Of a DNA stretch of 58,382 nt, positions 56,745 to 58,382 are shown in pieces. The DNA comes from Bacteroidales bacterium (GTDB lineage: Bacteria; Bacteroidota; Bacteroidia; Bacteroidales; UBA932). Both the position numbers and the translations under genes were made by a program. How positions within the stretch are numbered: position 1 is the stretch's first letter; every line of letters starts with the position of its first letter. The stretch lies in assembly GCA_016290725.1 (NCBI GenBank), contig JAEEUZ010000001.1:1-58382 (forward strand). Reading direction: 5' to 3'. Below the pieces are notes generated by a model. The model was given only the letters and a program-made list of their open reading frames with translations, searched no databases and was not told the origin of the DNA.

Positions 56745-58382
56745 CTGAATTTAACTACGCTGACCCCGGAGCCGCCCAGCTGGATGTGTTCGTCCTGGAC
56801 GGAGACCACTCCGGGTATGGTTCTTACAAATTTCTGTATTTCTTCGCGGAGCGCGCCCGTGCCCTTGCCGTGCAGGATGCGCACCGATTCAACGTCCAGC
56901 ATAAGGGCGTCGTCCACGTATCTCACCACATTGTCCAGCGCTTCGGTAACCCGCTGGCCTCTCACGTCCAGTTCCGTGCGGAACTCCGCGCGGCGTTTGG
57001 CGATGGAGGCGTCCACCACCTGGCGGGGTTTGGGGGCCTTGCGCTGCGCTTCCCGGTATTCGTTGGAAGTTACCCTTTCCACGCGGTCCGGGGCCATTTT
57101 CGTGCTCACGTTGCCAATGATTACGGTGATTGCCTTGGCCGATACTTTCGCCACCTCGCCCATCATGCCGTTGCTCTTTACGCGCACCTTTTCGCCAACC
57201 TTCAGGGGGGCTTTGCGGAAGGCCTCGATGCGGGCCTGCTCCGCCTGGGCTTCCTGCATGCGTTTGAGCTCTTCCGGATCTGCGCGTCTGAGTTTGCGCT
57301 CCGTGGCCTTGTCTTTTCGCTGGCGCACGGTCTTGAGTTTGTCGTCCAGGTATTTGTCCCTCTCCCGGCGGCTTTCCTCCAGTGCGCCCAGAAAGCCCTG
57401 GAGCTGCCCGCGGGCGTCTTTGGTGGCTTCCTTATCGGCCCCGCTCTCCTTGATGGTGCGGATGGTGTTTTCCACCTGGGCGTTGGCGTCTTTCACGATG
57501 CGCTGGGCTTCTTCCTTGGCCTCGTCGATTATGCGGCGTCGGGTTTCCTTGATGTCCTGGAGCTCTTTCTCGTATTTGTCGGTGATGCTTTCCAGGGTTT
57601 TGTCCGTGGCGCGGATGCGGGTGAGTTTTTCGTCCAGGGCCTTGCGGCTGCGGACGATCTTGCGGAGATTCCTCTCTATGCCCACGAATTCCTGGCCTGC
57701 CTTTTCTTCCGCGTCTTTTACGATTTCCTCCGGGAGCCCCATCTTGCGGGCCAGTTCAAAGGCGAAGGAGTTGCCGGGAAGGCCTTCTTCCAGACGGAAG
57801 AGGGGAGCCATGTTCTGTGCGTCGAAGAGCATTGCGCCGTTGGCAACGCCGTTGTTGCCGCTTGAGGCGTATAGCTTGAGGTTGGTGTAGTGCGTGGTTA
57901 TCACGCCGTACGTGCCCCTGCGGTCCAGTTCCGCGAGTATGGATTCGGCGATGGCGCCCCCGGCGGCGGGTTCCGTGCCCGAGCCGAATTCGTCGATCAG
58001 GACGAGGGTGTCCTCATCGGCCTTGTCCAGGGCCGATTTCATATCGGCCAGGAAGGAGCTGTAGGTGGAGAGGTCGTTGTCGATGGACTGGTCGTCCCCG
58101 ATGGAAACCATTATGCGGCTGAAGACCGGGAGTTCCGATGTTTCGGAGGTTGGGATGAGCATGCCCCACTGGAACATGTACTGCAGAAGCCCAACGGTTT
58201 TGAGGCACACCGATTTGCCGCCCGCGTTGGGGCCGGAAATCATGAGGATGTGCTTCTCCGGAGTGAGGTTTATGGTGAGGGGGACGATTTGCTTGTGCTC
58301 CTTGCGGAGATTGCGCTCCAGAAGGGGATGGCGGGCTTTCCGGAGGCTCAGGCGGCCTTCTTCCGAGATGACGGGCATTCCG
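56741..58382 (-). CDS. mutS2: MutS2 (5' part outside window)
   Basis: SGPNAGGKS, DEFGSGTEP, TTHY, Smr domain LDVRG...HGKGTG. Confidence 0.95.
   Translation of the reverse strand, partial: GMPVISEEGRLSLRKARHPLLERNLRKEHKQIVPLTINLTPEKHILMISGPNAGGKSVCLKTVGLLQYMFQWGMLIPTSETSELPVFSRIMVSIGDDQSIDNDLSTYSSFLADMKSALDKADEDTLVLIDEFGSGTEPAAGGAIAESILAELDRRGTYGVITTHYTNLKLYASSGNNGVANGAMLFDAQNMAPLFRLEEGLPGNSFAFELARKMGLPEEIVKDAEEKAGQEFVGIERNLRKIVRSRKALDEKLTRIRATDKTLESITDKYEKELQDIKETRRRIIDEAKEEAQRIVKDANAQVENTIRTIKESGADKEATKDARGQLQGFLGALEESRRERDKYLDDKLKTVRQRKDKATERKLRRADPEELKRMQEAQAEQARIEAFRKAPLKVGEKVRVKSNGMMGEVAKVSAKAITVIIGNVSTKMAPDRVERVTSNEYREAQRKAPKPRQVVDASIAKRRAEFRTELDVRGQRVTEALDNVVRYVDDALMLDVESVRILHGKGTGALREEIQKFVRTIPGVVSVQDEHIQLGGSGVSVVKFR

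Overview
Bacteroidales-type chromosomal segment, inferred from TAnnTTTG/TTTG promoters, lipoprotein-rich content and DUF3575/fimbrillin genes. Left to right: (1) a partial fimbrillin-like/BspA-LRR lipoprotein preceded by an unannotated 42-aa YxxP peptide; (2) a LacI-controlled sugar-acid catabolic operon (DHDPS/NanA-family aldolase, SSS transporter, ribokinase-family kinase, CBS-less KdsD/KpsF-like isomerase, RbsD/FucU mutarotase, esterase) whose enzyme set fits Kdo -> D-arabinose -> A5P -> Ru5P catabolism; (3) a small accessory block next to tRNA-Leu: an IR-flanked AAA ATPase, a truncated zinc-ribbon gene, and a second 42-aa YxxP peptide plus lipoprotein; (4) fabG, S8 protease and CotH lipoproteins, a repeat mosaic, a WG-repeat protein, an esterase and aminopeptidase P; (5) rpsL-rpsG-fusA-rpsJ without rplC, then a tRNA(CAT); (6) a ~25 kb type V pilus region: a receiver protein, two membrane AraC paralogs around a pilin, an OmpA-like/TM/AraC regulator, a poly-G tract, DUF3575, DUF5119 and eight tandem pilin lipoproteins with conserved intergenic hairpins; (7) a two-component cluster, manC, yraN and partial mutS2. 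All functional calls come from motif recognition by eye; no searches were run.
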